From: Bdellovibrionales bacterium
GTDB taxonomy: Bacteria > Bdellovibrionota > Bdellovibrionia > Bdellovibrionales > UBA1609
Length of the DNA: 64,000 nucleotides
Direction: 5' to 3'
Assembly (NCBI GenBank): GCA_965261545.1
Contig: CBDHDF010000002.1
Span: 736,001-800,000 of the forward strand
The position numbers and the translations under genes were made by a program. The notes beneath the pieces were generated by a model. The model searched no databases. It was not told where the DNA came from and saw nothing but the letters and a program-made list of their open reading frames with translations. Of this stretch, positions 1 through 10,711 are shown one piece after another; positions within the stretch are counted from its first letter, which is position 1, and each line of letters opens with the position of its first letter.

Positions 1-1
1 T

Positions 2-1039
2 CAACGAGCCCTTAAACCATGCCAAAAAGCCTTGGAAGATGCGGGGCTTTCGACCTCTCAAATTGATGAAATTGTGTTGGTGGGTGGCTCCACTCGTATA
101 CCCGCCATTCAAGAGTCTGTGAAAAAGTTTTTTGATAAAGAGCCTAATCGCACAGTGAACCCCGATGAAGTGGTCGCTTTGGGGGCTGCCGTCCAGGGAG
201 GTGTTTTAGGTGGTGATGTAAAGGATGTTTTACTTCTCGATGTCACACCTTTGTCTCTTGGCATTGAAACCCTTGGCGGTGTTATGACCAAACTCATTGA
301 TCGCAACACAACCATTCCCACAAAAAAATCTCAGATATTTTCCACAGCGGCTGACAGTCAATCCAGTGTGGATGTTCATGCTCTTCAAGGTGAGCGAGAA
401 ATGGCCACCGATAACAAAACCCTAGGTCGTTTTGAATTGGTGGGCATTCCCCCTGCCCCACGGGGTGTGCCTCAAATTGAAGTAACCTTTGATATTGATG
501 CCAATGGTATTTTAAATGTCTCGGCCAAGGACCTTGGCACAGGTAAGGAGCAGGCCATTAAAATCACAGCGAAATCAGGTTTAAGTGATGAAGAGGTGAA
601 TCGAATGGTGAAGGAGGGAGAGACTCACTCTGAAGAAGACAAAAAGAAAAAAGTACAAATCACCCACTGTAACAACTTAGATAATATGATATATCAAACA
701 GAAAAACTACTCAAAGAAAATGAGAAGGATGTTCCCGAAACTGAAAAGAAAAAACTTGAAGAAATCCTTGCGGACTCCAAAAAAGTTTTAAAAGACAAAG
801 AGGCTTTACCAGAGCAACTGGAAGCCTCTTTGAATGACCTCACAAGTGCTAGCCATGCCCTCAGCAGTGTTCTCTACGAGAAACAAAAGCAATCTAAATC
901 TAGCGAGTCAGCAACATCAGCAACAACAGAGGCGAACTCATCGTCGATTTCAGAGGAGGATCCATCTCAGGCAGCCCCTCCTCCAGGGGGTGGAAAAAGT
1001 GATGTCATCGACGCCGATTATAAAGATGTCAACTCGTAG
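2..1039 (+). CDS. dnaK: Molecular chaperone DnaK (Hsp70), 3' part; begins before window
   Basis: Motifs [35 protein letters not shown] and [16 protein letters not shown]-terminal [10 protein letters not shown]. Confidence 0.98.
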   Translation, partial: QRALKPCQKALEDAGLSTSQIDEIVLVGGSTRIPAIQESVKKFFDKEPNRTVNPDEVVALGAAVQGGVLGGDVKDVLLLDVTPLSLGIETLGGVMTKLIDRNTTIPTKKSQIFSTAADSQSSVDVHALQGEREMATDNKTLGRFELVGIPPAPRGVPQIEVTFDIDANGILNVSAKDLGTGKEQAIKITAKSGLSDEEVNRMVKEGETHSEEDKKKKVQITHCNNLDNMIYQTEKLLKENEKDVPETEKKKLEEILADSKKVLKDKEALPEQLEASLNDLTSASHALSSVLYEKQKQSKSSESATSATTEANSSSISEEDPSQAAPPPGGGKSDVIDADYKDVNS

Positions 1040-1061
1040 GAACTTCTAAGGTTCTTGTTTA

Positions 1062-2054
1062 ATGAAAACAATCCTCACGGGAATTAAACCCACGGGTCAA
1101 CCCCACCTCGGTAACTACTTGGGGGCCATGCGCCCCGCCCTGTCTTTGTCGGCCCCCGAGGATATGCGCTCTCTTCTATTTATTGCTGATTATCACTCCC
1201 TAATCTCTATGTACAAAGGGGTTGAAATTCGAGAAATGACCTATGAAGTGGCCTCCTCTTGGCTCGCCTGTGGACTCAATCCCGAAAAAATTGTCATGTA
1301 CAAACAGTCCCATGTGCCCGAAATTCTCACATTGGCATGGATTCTCTCCTGTTTTACTCCCAAGGGCTTTATGAACCGAGCCCATGCCTACAAAGCTCGC
1401 ATGACTGAAAATGAAGCTGCAGGAAAAGACCTCGATAGAGGCATCAATATGGGGCTTTACTCCTATCCTGTTTTAATGTCCGCAGATATTCTCTTATTTG
1501 ATACGGATATAGTTCCCGTGGGAGAAGATCAACTGCAACACCTTGAGTTTGCAAGGGATATTGCACAGAAAATCAATGGCCACTATGGAGAGGTTTTCAA
1601 AATTCCACAACCCGCCATTGAGAAAAATACCAAAACGATTCCAGGACTTGATGGCCAAAAGATGAGCAAAAGCTACAATAACCATATTCCCATGTTTGCC
1701 CCTCCGAAAAAGCTTCGTACAATGGTCATGAAGATCAAAACAGATTCCTCCCTTCCGGAAGAACCCAAGAATCCTAACAAATCACATCTCATGGATCTCT
1801 ACAAAGAATTTGCCAAGAAAGAGGAAATCAAAGATTTAGAGAAGAAATATCAACGGGGTATTGGCTGGGGAGAAGTCAAAGAATGCCTATTTCAAGTCAT
1901 CAACCGAGAACTGACACCAGCTCGGGAGAAATACAACTCCCTCATGGCCAATCACACTGAAGTAGATAAGATTCTAGAAGATGGTGCTAAAAGAGCAAGA
2001 GCCATTGCCACTCCTGTTCTCAACAGAGTTCGCAAGGCCATTGGTGTTTTGTAG
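1062..2054 (+). CDS. trpS: Tryptophan--tRNA ligase
   Basis: TGIKPTG-HLGN (HIGH), YPVLMSADIL, VPVGEDQ and KMSKS motifs. Confidence 0.97.
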   Translation: MKTILTGIKPTGQPHLGNYLGAMRPALSLSAPEDMRSLLFIADYHSLISMYKGVEIREMTYEVASSWLACGLNPEKIVMYKQSHVPEILTLAWILSCFTPKGFMNRAHAYKARMTENEAAGKDLDRGINMGLYSYPVLMSADILLFDTDIVPVGEDQLQHLEFARDIAQKINGHYGEVFKIPQPAIEKNTKTIPGLDGQKMSKSYNNHIPMFAPPKKLRTMVMKIKTDSSLPEEPKNPNKSHLMDLYKEFAKKEEIKDLEKKYQRGIGWGEVKECLFQVINRELTPAREKYNSLMANHTEVDKILEDGAKRARAIATPVLNRVRKAIGVL

Positions 2055-2101
2055 GCAAACTATATATCTCATATCTACAAAATCATATATGCTTATTCAC
2101 T

Positions 2102-3004
2102 ATGAACTCCACAGAGGGAAAAACGACAGAAGAAGGAAGAACAACAGACCTTATCATCCAGCATATCAATCGATGCCTGGAGAAATCCAAGGGACAAGCT
2201 ATCGCAGCCTTTGATGCCGATGGAACCCTTTGGCCCATGGATGTGGGTAAACTTTTTTTTCAATACCAACTCCACCATAATCTCATAAAAGATAGAGAAG
2301 ATAAAATAGAGATATCTGGGCTATGGGATATGCGGGAGATATTAGCCTTCAGTAACAATTCCTCTCCACCTGCAACGCTGCCAGAAAAGGCGACACTGCT
2401 AGAGACCACTTCGCCGTTGCCAGGAGTTGCCCCATTCCCAGAGACGACCACAGAACGCTACCTATGGTTTGCGCAGATAAATGCAGGTCAGAAACTTGAA
2501 ACGGTTCAAAATTGGGCCTCCGAGGCTATTGCAAGGACCAAAGACTTCCCTATATTTTGTGAACAAAAAGAAATTATCGACCATCTCCATGCAAAGGCTG
2601 TGGAAATATTTATTATTACAGCTTCAGTCAAGTGGAGCGTTGAGCCTGCTGCCGCCCAATTTTACAACATTGACAAAGATCATGTTCTTGGAGTCTCCAC
2701 AAAGATTGTGGATAAAGTCATTACAGATAAGTCCTCTGGACCTGTCACCTATAAGGCTGGAAAGACAGAGGCCCTCCAAAAGCATACCAAGGGTGTAAGA
2801 CCTTTTTTCTGCTCGGGAAACACAGAGGGAGACCTTCATCTCCTTGAATCCTCCACGGACATTAAGGTTGTTATTTCCTCAGCAACAAAAAAAGATATGC
2901 ACTACAACGCTGAACAAAAGATGAAGGGCCTCGCCCAGCAAAGAAAATGGTATGTCATCAACAACCCTGATATCATCCATTTAACTCCCATTAACTCCCA
3001 TTAG
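2102..3004 (+). CDS. HAD-superfamily hydrolase (phosphoserine phosphatase-like)
   Basis: Motif I FDADGTLW, motif II ITAS, motif III K and motif IV GNTEGD. Confidence 0.8.
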   Translation: MNSTEGKTTEEGRTTDLIIQHINRCLEKSKGQAIAAFDADGTLWPMDVGKLFFQYQLHHNLIKDREDKIEISGLWDMREILAFSNNSSPPATLPEKATLLETTSPLPGVAPFPETTTERYLWFAQINAGQKLETVQNWASEAIARTKDFPIFCEQKEIIDHLHAKAVEIFIITASVKWSVEPAAAQFYNIDKDHVLGVSTKIVDKVITDKSSGPVTYKAGKTEALQKHTKGVRPFFCSGNTEGDLHLLESSTDIKVVISSATKKDMHYNAEQKMKGLAQQRKWYVINNPDIIHLTPINSH

Positions 3005-3024
3005 TACCCACACGAATGTGGGTA
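3005..3024. terminator. Hairpin between convergent genes (possible bidirectional terminator)
   Basis: TACCCACA-CGAA-TGTGGGTA is a perfect 8-bp stem in the 22-bp gap between two stop codons. Confidence 0.55.
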
Positions 3025-3026
3025 TA

Positions 3027-4919
3027 TTAGGCATCCTCTTCAATATGAATGACATTGAGATCAAGCTCTTTCATAATTTCTTGATGGATTTTTTCTAGAG
3101 ACTTGGGGTCTCGGCCCGTTCCTACAAAAATATTCTCAAAGCTATAGGTTTTCTTAAGGGATTGCAAACCCTCAAGAAGAGTGTCTGGAAGTATTTTTAC
3201 TGTGAGAATCAAATCTTTATTGTAAATAGGTGCAACTTGTTGAGAAACCACACGCTGGAGGAGTTCTGAAAAGAAGCCTTCGGAATCCTTGCCATCTTCG
3301 GCATGGAAGATCACCAATTCAAAGGAGTTCTTATCCTCCCTTAGGATATGTCGCAGAGTCTGGTTGATAAGTCGGCGAGCCCTCGTGCCCCCTGTACAAA
3401 GGATGTATTTCTTTAAATCATCGGGGAGGTTGGGCCTTGTGGCAAAGTGACCAGTGCCCAATCGCAAATCAGAACGGTTGGCAAGGCGGTGTTCTAAAAC
3501 TCCCCAGCGAAAGTATATTTTTAGGAGGAGAACACCAGAGAATAAAACAGTGAGGAGAAGAAGAACTTCGCTGTTGGCATGGAGGAGAAGGGTCAGCGTG
3601 GCAATTCCAAGAACCACTCCAGAAAAGAGGGGAGTCATGGGTATTGTAAGTCGTCGTGAATTGATGGTCCATTGGGAGAGGTAGGAACGGGGCGTGTTTT
3701 GGCGCAGTGGCTTGTTTCGCATGAGAACCACACCTAAGCAAAAGCTCACCATCACTCCAAGAAAGGCAATTTCATAAACCTTGGCAGCAACTTCAATTTC
3801 ACCTGCGACATAGGCCGACATAAACATGGCGACAACGGCAAAGGGGAGTGCAATAAGGGGGTACCCTTGAATGGAAGGAAATTTGTGGGCCATGCGATAA
3901 AGCAAGATGGGGGGGAGATTGCCTTGTTTGGCCATGGTGGTGGACAGGCCAATAAAGCCAACAAAGGCCGTGTTGACGGCGGCAAACAGGGTGAGAACAG
4001 CATCAGTAACAATAACCCAGCGTAAATAGGGCCCCCCTAAGGTGAAAGCAAATTCAGAGAGAAGGTACTTATTATTGGCCACCACTTGGTCGCGAGAGAG
4101 AATCGTAAGACATAAAATCGAAATGACGGGAGCTGTGATCGAGACGAGAATAATGACAGTTTTGTAAAGCCGCCGAACTGTTTGGAGGATGGGCTGCTCA
4201 AGTTCCTCCACAATTTGTGCTGCCGATTCAAAGCCAGTGATTCCCAAAAAGGCGGCGGCAAACCCATACATAATAATAGGAAGAGTCAGTTCTCCACTTG
4301 GTAGTAATGTATTAAATTTTGAGAAATCAATTTGCTCATGATGGATTATTAAGAAACCAAAACCCCAGATACTAAGAATAATGAGAAGAAAAAAGTGGAG
4401 GGCTGCGATAACAGTGACAATTTTTGCAGGTTCTCGAATTCCCTTGGTGTTTAAAAGCCCAAAGATTGCAATGGGTATAAAGGAGAGAAATACGGCTCCA
4501 CTGTTGCCTGTGGCATTGCCAGCACTTTCAGCACTGTCAGTGCCCCAAGAGGAGAGAAGATAAAAACCTCCAGAAAGTGCACTGACAGCGGCTGTAGCTA
4601 GGTAAGAGACAAAAGTGAGTGTTCCAGCAAGCACGGCGGATCTTCTTCCCAGAGTTCGTAGAATCATGGAGTAGGCGCCACCGTTGTAGGGACTAAGGGC
4701 TAAGCCTTCTTCGTAGGTACGCTTGAAGAGCCACATCATCAAACAGGTTGTGAGGATAAAGAGAGGGGAGAGGTAGCCCACAATGGGAAAGAGAATACCT
4801 GTTCCATAAAAAATGGACGTTCCTATATCGGCTCCGACAATACCTGCTGCAATGGTCCAATTGAGGCCATTTTTGTGATTGTCATCTGATATTTTAATTT
4901 TTTGTGTTAGCTTTTTCAG
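3027..4919 (-). CDS. APC-family amino acid permease with C-terminal soluble (USP-like) domain; probable CTG start
   Basis: About 12 TM segments with GGAY and FLGITGFES motifs. The frame stays open upstream of the called GTG (4781) and encodes the TM1 motif WTIAAGIVGADIGTSIFY. GGAGA-N5-CTG lies at 4919. Confidence 0.8.
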   Translation of the reverse strand: MKKLTQKIKISDDNHKNGLNWTIAAGIVGADIGTSIFYGTGILFPIVGYLSPLFILTTCLMMWLFKRTYEEGLALSPYNGGAYSMILRTLGRRSAVLAGTLTFVSYLATAAVSALSGGFYLLSSWGTDSAESAGNATGNSGAVFLSFIPIAIFGLLNTKGIREPAKIVTVIAALHFFLLIILSIWGFGFLIIHHEQIDFSKFNTLLPSGELTLPIIMYGFAAAFLGITGFESAAQIVEELEQPILQTVRRLYKTVIILVSITAPVISILCLTILSRDQVVANNKYLLSEFAFTLGGPYLRWVIVTDAVLTLFAAVNTAFVGFIGLSTTMAKQGNLPPILLYRMAHKFPSIQGYPLIALPFAVVAMFMSAYVAGEIEVAAKVYEIAFLGVMVSFCLGVVLMRNKPLRQNTPRSYLSQWTINSRRLTIPMTPLFSGVVLGIATLTLLLHANSEVLLLLTVLFSGVLLLKIYFRWGVLEHRLANRSDLRLGTGHFATRPNLPDDLKKYILCTGGTRARRLINQTLRHILREDKNSFELVIFHAEDGKDSEGFFSELLQRVVSQQVAPIYNKDLILTVKILPDTLLEGLQSLKKTYSFENIFVGTGRDPKSLEKIHQEIMKELDLNVIHIEEDA

Positions 4920-5131
4920 GGAGATCTCCGTGTTAGGGTCGCCATAGCCATCAGAATCAATTATAGTAGTTGAGCCTTTTTATCAATTCATTTTATCAAT
5001 TCAATCATGGAGGGTCACGCATCAGAGCACCAGAGTGGAAATTTCAGGAACTATTCATCTTTGGCTGGACTCTCTAGCCTCAACTAAAGACAAGTTTGTA
5101 CTTCAATTAAAGTTAAATATTGAAGATCTTT

Positions 5132-5158
5132 TAAAGACATTTTTATAAACTCCGATAA
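5132..5158 (+). promoter_or_regulatory. Candidate sigma-28 (FliA) promoter
   Basis: TAAA-N15-TCCGATAA against consensus TAAA-N15-GCCGATAA, about 65 bp upstream of the ATG at 5222. Confidence 0.5.
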
Positions 5159-5221
5159 GCAAAAGTGTTGATAAATCTTGAAAGAAAAATTACTTTAAAA
5201 AAAATAACTTTGAGGTCATTT

Positions 5222-6694
5222 ATGAAAAAAACAAATAAGAATAAATTTAAGGTCGGCCATAAAATCAATCATTACTTGAAATTTCAAGCCTTACTTATCT
5301 TATCTTTGATGACCATTTTGGGCTGTGCAGAGTACTCTACTCATCAGCAAATAAATAAATTGAATCACTCTTCTTTGAATATCAATTTACCCTTGCCCAT
5401 TCTTTCTTCATCCAATGCAGAACTTTATACTATCAGTGGAACTTGTAATTCAAGTGTGGAAGGAAGTGTTTCTTTGGTGATTGGAGAGCCGAAGACTGTT
5501 CCTGTCAGAGTCTCTTGCAACCTCAGTAGTTTTACAGGAACTGTTGATACAAGGCAGGTCACTTCAAAAAAAGCGACAATTAGTGTCACCCACGGAGGTG
5601 ACACACAAGATGTCACTGTCGACAATGACCTTTTTGTCCCTACGGCCCTAGGGTTTAATTTCTTGCCCTCTCTTTCCTCCAGCAATAAGACAAACTATGC
5701 TATAAGTGGAACATGTGACTCAAATCTTGGAGATGTCACAGTGAGCATTGGAGAACCAAATATAGAAAAAGATTTACCTTGTAAACAAGGCAACATATTC
5801 TTGGGAGATTTCAATGTAGAAAATATCTCATCACATCCAACTTCCATCAGGGCCAGTCAAGTGGGTAGCAGTAGAACTATCCATTCTTTCACGGCCAATA
5901 ATATCAATAGCTTTGTCACAAAGTGGAATATTACCAATGATAGCTATGAGTTTACCTTGCCCCTCAAAGAGGATAACAGATTAACATATAATTTTACTGT
6001 GGATTGGGGAGATGGAAGCAATATAAGTAGTGTATCATCTTTTAGCGATAGCGACAAAGTACATACCTATAACGCGACAGGACAATATACGATTACCATC
6101 ATAGGCACTTGTGAGGGATTCGAAAATCACTCCCTCCCAGAGAGACTTCTCCTTGAAGTTATTAACCTCGGAAATATGGGGTGGGTTGATTTATCCTATG
6201 CTTTTGCAGGTAATTCTCACCTTACAAAGGTTCTTGGAGGAAATACACTCAATGTGACCAATATGGAATTTATGTTTGATGGAGCCACCTCAGCGAATCC
6301 AGATACCAGTGGTTGGGATACCTCCAATGTGACCGATATGGAATTTATGTTTAATGGAGCCACCTCAGCGAATCCAGATACCAGTGGTTGGGATACCTCC
6401 AATGTGACCGATATGGAATTTATGTTTAGTGAAGCCACCGCAGCGAATCCAGATACCAGTGGTTGGAATTTTACAAATGTTGATTTTATACAAGATATAT
6501 TTATATCCTCGGATTTATCTGTTGAAAACTATTCAAAATTCTTAATAAGCCTCGCTGCCAACCCTCCTGAAAAATCTGAGATGGTAAAAACCATAGATGT
6601 GGGCACATTGCAATACAACTCAAGTGCTTCGGGAGCTCGTGGAAGCTTAAGAAATCAAGGTTGGACCATCAATGATGGGGGGGAGAATATATAA
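5222..6694 (+). CDS. BspA-like/DUF285-repeat surface lipoprotein with Ig/PKD-like domains (paralog 1, 3 repeats)
   Basis: Lipobox ILGC, YNFTVDWGDG (PKD-like), 25-aa WDTSNVTDMEFMF repeats and C-terminal GWTINDGG. Confidence 0.85.
   Translation: MKKTNKNKFKVGHKINHYLKFQALLILSLMTILGCAEYSTHQQINKLNHSSLNINLPLPILSSSNAELYTISGTCNSSVEGSVSLVIGEPKTVPVRVSCNLSSFTGTVDTRQVTSKKATISVTHGGDTQDVTVDNDLFVPTALGFNFLPSLSSSNKTNYAISGTCDSNLGDVTVSIGEPNIEKDLPCKQGNIFLGDFNVENISSHPTSIRASQVGSSRTIHSFTANNINSFVTKWNITNDSYEFTLPLKEDNRLTYNFTVDWGDGSNISSVSSFSDSDKVHTYNATGQYTITIIGTCEGFENHSLPERLLLEVINLGNMGWVDLSYAFAGNSHLTKVLGGNTLNVTNMEFMFDGATSANPDTSGWDTSNVTDMEFMFNGATSANPDTSGWDTSNVTDMEFMFSEATAANPDTSGWNFTNVDFIQDIFISSDLSVENYSKFLISLAANPPEKSEMVKTIDVGTLQYNSSASGARGSLRNQGWTINDGGENI
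6251..6467 (+). repeat. Coding tandem repeat, 75-bp unit, about 2.9 near-identical copies
   Basis: The unit aatgtgacc(a/g)atatggaatttatgttt...ccagataccagtggttgg starts at 6251, 6326 and 6401. Confidence 0.9.
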
Positions 6695-6798
6695 ACTTTC
6701 AGATGGCTCGGATGAATGCGATGCGCTGTGAGGGAGGGCGAGTTGAAAGCAATTGAATGTGATGGATGTGATGTAATTATAATAGCATATCTATAGAA

Positions 6799-8223
6799 TC
6801 ATAGATGGACTCCTTCAATGGGAGTGGGGTACTGTTCGTCAAAACAAGCGGCGCAAAAGCCTGCCTCTCTAGGATTCTTGGGTGTTCCCACAACAGCTCC
6901 CATCAAACCATCCCTGGTGAGATAAACTAGGGAGTCAGCCCCTATAAATTTGCAAATATCCTCACGACTTTTTCTTTTAGCGATCAGTTCTTCTGTTTCA
7001 GGAGTATCCACACCATAGTAGCAAGAACTCATGGTGGGAGGGGCTGCAATTCTAAAGTGAATTTCCCTAGCTCCCGCCTGGCGGATGAGGCGAATAATTT
7101 TCTGACTTGTTGTCCCGCGAACAAGAGAGTCATCCACAATGATGACTTTTTTTCCTTGAATAATTTCGGCCTGGGGGTTGAGTTTAATCTTTACATCAAA
7201 AGCTCGTATGGAGGGGCTGGGTTGAATAAAAGTTCTTCCAATATAGTGGTTTCGAATAATGCCTAGTTCAAAGGGAATGCCACTTTCAGCGCTATAGCCG
7301 ATGGCGGCAGGGACACCGCTGTCAGGGACAGGAATGACCATGTCAGCTTCCACAACACTCTCCCGTGCCAGAGCCCTTCCCATATTCTTACGTACCTCAT
7401 AGACATTGGCACCAAAGACATGGGAGTCGGGCCTTGAAAAATACACATATTCAAAGATACATTTGGCTTTGTGGTTTACAGGGGCGGCCCATGATTCAGA
7501 GTGCTCTTCTCCTGTTTCATTCACCCAAAAAATTTCTCCGGGTTCAATCTCTCGTACATATTGAGCACCTACTAAATCAAAGGCACAGGTTTCAGAGGCG
7601 AGGACAACGGCGGCTTTTCCCGATTTTTGGGGGAGTCTTCCTAGGACAAGGGGACGAAAGCCCAAGGGGTCTCGGGCGGCCACCATATGACCTTGACTCA
7701 TGCACACAATGCTAAAGGCTCCATCCAAGATCTCCATGGCCTTTTTCATACATCTAATGAGGTCATTGCTTTTATTTCTGGCAAGGAGGTGAAGAATAAT
7801 TTCCGTGTCATTGGTTCCTTGAAAAATAGCTCCCTGGGAAATTAAATCTTCACGAATCTTCCGTCCATTTGTGATGTTGCCGTTATGGGCAATGGCCACG
7901 GGACCATTTTTTAAGGCAGCTGTTAGAGGTTGGGTATTAGCTATAAGGCTTTCACCTGTGGTGGAATAACGAACATGACCCATGGCCATGGAGCCCTTGA
8001 GTTTGTTCAAGTCACTTTCTTTGTAAACCTTTCCCACAAGTCCCATTCCCTTATGACTGATATGTTTTCCCTGGCAGTTACTTACAATTCCCGTGGATTC
8101 TTGGCCACGGTGTTGTTGGGCATAAAGGCCAAAATAGGTGAGGCGAGAGGCTTCGGAGCTTCCACAAATGCCAAACACCCCACACTCTTCTCGCCATTTT
8201 TCAATTGAGTTAGCTGAAGTCAA
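6799..8223 (-). CDS. purF: Amidophosphoribosyltransferase
   Basis: EECGVFG, QHRGQES, GHVRYST, VPDSG and VDDSLVRGTT. Probable TTG start at 8223 with a GGGAGG RBS overlapping the purL end. Confidence 0.96.
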   Translation of the reverse strand: MTSANSIEKWREECGVFGICGSSEASRLTYFGLYAQQHRGQESTGIVSNCQGKHISHKGMGLVGKVYKESDLNKLKGSMAMGHVRYSTTGESLIANTQPLTAALKNGPVAIAHNGNITNGRKIREDLISQGAIFQGTNDTEIILHLLARNKSNDLIRCMKKAMEILDGAFSIVCMSQGHMVAARDPLGFRPLVLGRLPQKSGKAAVVLASETCAFDLVGAQYVREIEPGEIFWVNETGEEHSESWAAPVNHKAKCIFEYVYFSRPDSHVFGANVYEVRKNMGRALARESVVEADMVIPVPDSGVPAAIGYSAESGIPFELGIIRNHYIGRTFIQPSPSIRAFDVKIKLNPQAEIIQGKKVIIVDDSLVRGTTSQKIIRLIRQAGAREIHFRIAAPPTMSSCYYGVDTPETEELIAKRKSREDICKFIGADSLVYLTRDGLMGAVVGTPKNPREAGFCAACFDEQYPTPIEGVHL

Positions 8224-10633
8224 AGTGACCCTCCCAAGAATTTGTGTAAGCACTTTGTATCTCTTTGCAGGAAATGCGGGAACTGGGGGCATCACTTCCC
8301 AGTTGGACATGGGAAGCGATGACTTCTCCAAGAAGTTCCACGTCTATGTTTGCCCCCACCATCTTCATCTTATCCGTGATTGAATCCACAACCTCATCTA
8401 TGTTTGAATTCATAATTTCTTTTTTCACTTTATGAACTCTATTCACAAACTCTCCAGCCTCGGATTCGTCCACAGCGACGACCACCTCGTAGAGGTTTTC
8501 GCCGAACCAATCCCTATCTTTGTGAATGGTACAACCCCATTGGGGGGTGGACATTCTTGCCAGTGTGTAGGCAAGGCCAAACTTTCCAACCACTCGTGTG
8601 CTTTTCATAGGAAACTCTTGGTTGAGGCGAGTGAGAAATCTGACAAAAGCATGAACCTGGACAGGAGAAATCTCACCGACACCCCTCATCGCTTCCTTGG
8701 AATTTTCCCATAGAAGCCCCGACACATACAGCTGCTTGGAAGAAAGTAAAAAGAGTTGATCCCCCAAATTTTGAAAATGAGAAAAGGGAAGTTGGAGGTG
8801 GGGGCTTAAACCTACAAGTCCCGTGGCTGGTGTGGAAGTGACATTTTTGTGGAGAGTTTCATTGTAAAAACTCACATTTCCACTCACCACAGGAACACCG
8901 AGAGCTTGAGAGACTTCAGCCATGGCTTCCACAGTGGCAACAAATTCACCCATGACCTCCATTTTTTCAGGGTTGCCAAAGTTGAGACAATTGGTCGCTG
9001 CCAAGGGTTCGAGTCCTTTGGACGCCAGCTCAAGGGCGGGATAGGCAATGGCATCTCGCCCCCCTTCACGAGCATCAAATCTCATCATATAGGGACGACC
9101 ACCAAGAACGAGACCCAAGCCTCGACCTGAATCGGGAAGCCTTAAGACTCCCACACTTTCCGAGCCATCCCGGACCGTGGCTCCTCCCACTCTTTGGTCG
9201 TACTGGCGGTAAACCCATTGTCTGGAGGTTCCCCTTTCATCAGAGAGGGCACACAGGAGAGATTGTTTTGTACTGTGTTCATGGAAGTTTTGGTTATCGT
9301 GTTCAGGCTCATTGCCATGGGAGTTTCGTTCATCGTACTTACGCTCATTGCCATGGGAGTTTTTCCATTTCTTTTTCCATTGGGTGAGTTCTTCCATGGA
9401 GCCAAATTTCCAAAGGGGTGCCCAAGGTTTGTGAGGTCTATTATACATGGGGGCTTGTTTGACAAGCTTATCAGGGTCGATTTTACAAAGGAGTTCTCCA
9501 TGCCAAAATAGCTCTATAGTTTTCTCCGCAATAATTTCTCCAATGGCTTTGGCTTCTAAATTCCATTTGGCAAAAATTTCTTTGATTCGATTTATATTTT
9601 TAGGTTCACAAATGAGAAGCATACGCTCCTGGCTTTCGGAGAGAAGAATATCTTCAGGTGTCATGGAGTTATTGCGAAGGGGAACCTTGTCCAAGTGAAG
9701 GTTTAACCCCACCCCTCCCCTGGAAGCCATTTCAAAGCTCGAACTGGCCAGACCTGCGGCCCCCATATCTTGAATGGCCACGACGAGATCTTCGGCCATA
9801 ACCTCCAAGCAGCTCTCTATTAAAAGTTTTTCAAAGAATGGATCTCCTATTTGAATGGTGGGTTTTTGATTCTCGCTTTCTTCGTCAAAGGACTCACTGG
9901 CCATACTGGCTCCATGAATTCCATCTCTTCCTGTTTTGGCTCCCACATAGACGACTAAATTCCCCACCCCCTGGGCTTTGGAGCTAAATATTTTTTCCCC
10001 TGGACGGAAGAGTCCCATAGCGAGGGCATTGACGAGAATATTTCCATCATAGGAGGAGTGAAATTCGGTTTGCCCCGTCACTGTGGGCACCCCCACGCAG
10101 TTTCCATAACCCCCTATGCCTCGGATAACCCCATTCACCAAGAAGGACATTCGAGGGGCCTTGGGGTTGCCAAAACAAAGATAATTGGCCAAGGCGATAG
10201 GTCTAGCCCCCATGGTAAAGATGTCCCTTAATATTCCCCCCACACCTGTGGCGGCTCCCTGGGTAGGTTCAATGTAGCTGGGATGATTGTGGCTTTCAAT
10301 TTTAAAGGCTAGGCGCTCTCCCTTTCCTAGATCAATGACTCCTGCATTTTCGCCAAAGCTTTCCAGGACCCTAGGGGATGATAATGATGGGGGGAAGGAG
10401 TTTTGGGCATGAGGGGAAGGTGCTTTAGGATGTGGGAGTTTTTTGGGAGGGAAGAACTTTTTTAAATGCACTTTGGAGCTTTTATAACTACAGTGTTCGC
10501 TCCAAAGGGCTGAAAACAGGGCCCACTCAAGACCTTGGGGTTCCCTGCCCAGTTGATGACAAATGTGATCCCAATCCTCTGAACTGATTCTGTAGTGATC
10601 TCGTTTTTGTTGCAGATTGTGTGAATGACTCAT
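8210..10633 (-). CDS. purL: Phosphoribosylformylglycinamidine synthase subunit PurL (small form)
   Basis: WSEHCSYKSS, KIESHNHPS, GAATGVGGILRD, DMGAAG and SGNVSFYN. Confidence 0.97.
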   Translation of the reverse strand: MSHSHNLQQKRDHYRISSEDWDHICHQLGREPQGLEWALFSALWSEHCSYKSSKVHLKKFFPPKKLPHPKAPSPHAQNSFPPSLSSPRVLESFGENAGVIDLGKGERLAFKIESHNHPSYIEPTQGAATGVGGILRDIFTMGARPIALANYLCFGNPKAPRMSFLVNGVIRGIGGYGNCVGVPTVTGQTEFHSSYDGNILVNALAMGLFRPGEKIFSSKAQGVGNLVVYVGAKTGRDGIHGASMASESFDEESENQKPTIQIGDPFFEKLLIESCLEVMAEDLVVAIQDMGAAGLASSSFEMASRGGVGLNLHLDKVPLRNNSMTPEDILLSESQERMLLICEPKNINRIKEIFAKWNLEAKAIGEIIAEKTIELFWHGELLCKIDPDKLVKQAPMYNRPHKPWAPLWKFGSMEELTQWKKKWKNSHGNERKYDERNSHGNEPEHDNQNFHEHSTKQSLLCALSDERGTSRQWVYRQYDQRVGGATVRDGSESVGVLRLPDSGRGLGLVLGGRPYMMRFDAREGGRDAIAYPALELASKGLEPLAATNCLNFGNPEKMEVMGEFVATVEAMAEVSQALGVPVVSGNVSFYNETLHKNVTSTPATGLVGLSPHLQLPFSHFQNLGDQLFLLSSKQLYVSGLLWENSKEAMRGVGEISPVQVHAFVRFLTRLNQEFPMKSTRVVGKFGLAYTLARMSTPQWGCTIHKDRDWFGENLYEVVVAVDESEAGEFVNRVHKVKKEIMNSNIDEVVDSITDKMKMVGANIDVELLGEVIASHVQLGSDAPSSRISCKEIQSAYTNSWEGHFDFS

Positions 10634-10711
10634 GGTTTCAACTCACTGTTAGGCTTATGGTCTTGTTGGTCTTTAACTCTTTTGTGTATCATAATATTTT
10701 TTGTCAAAATA

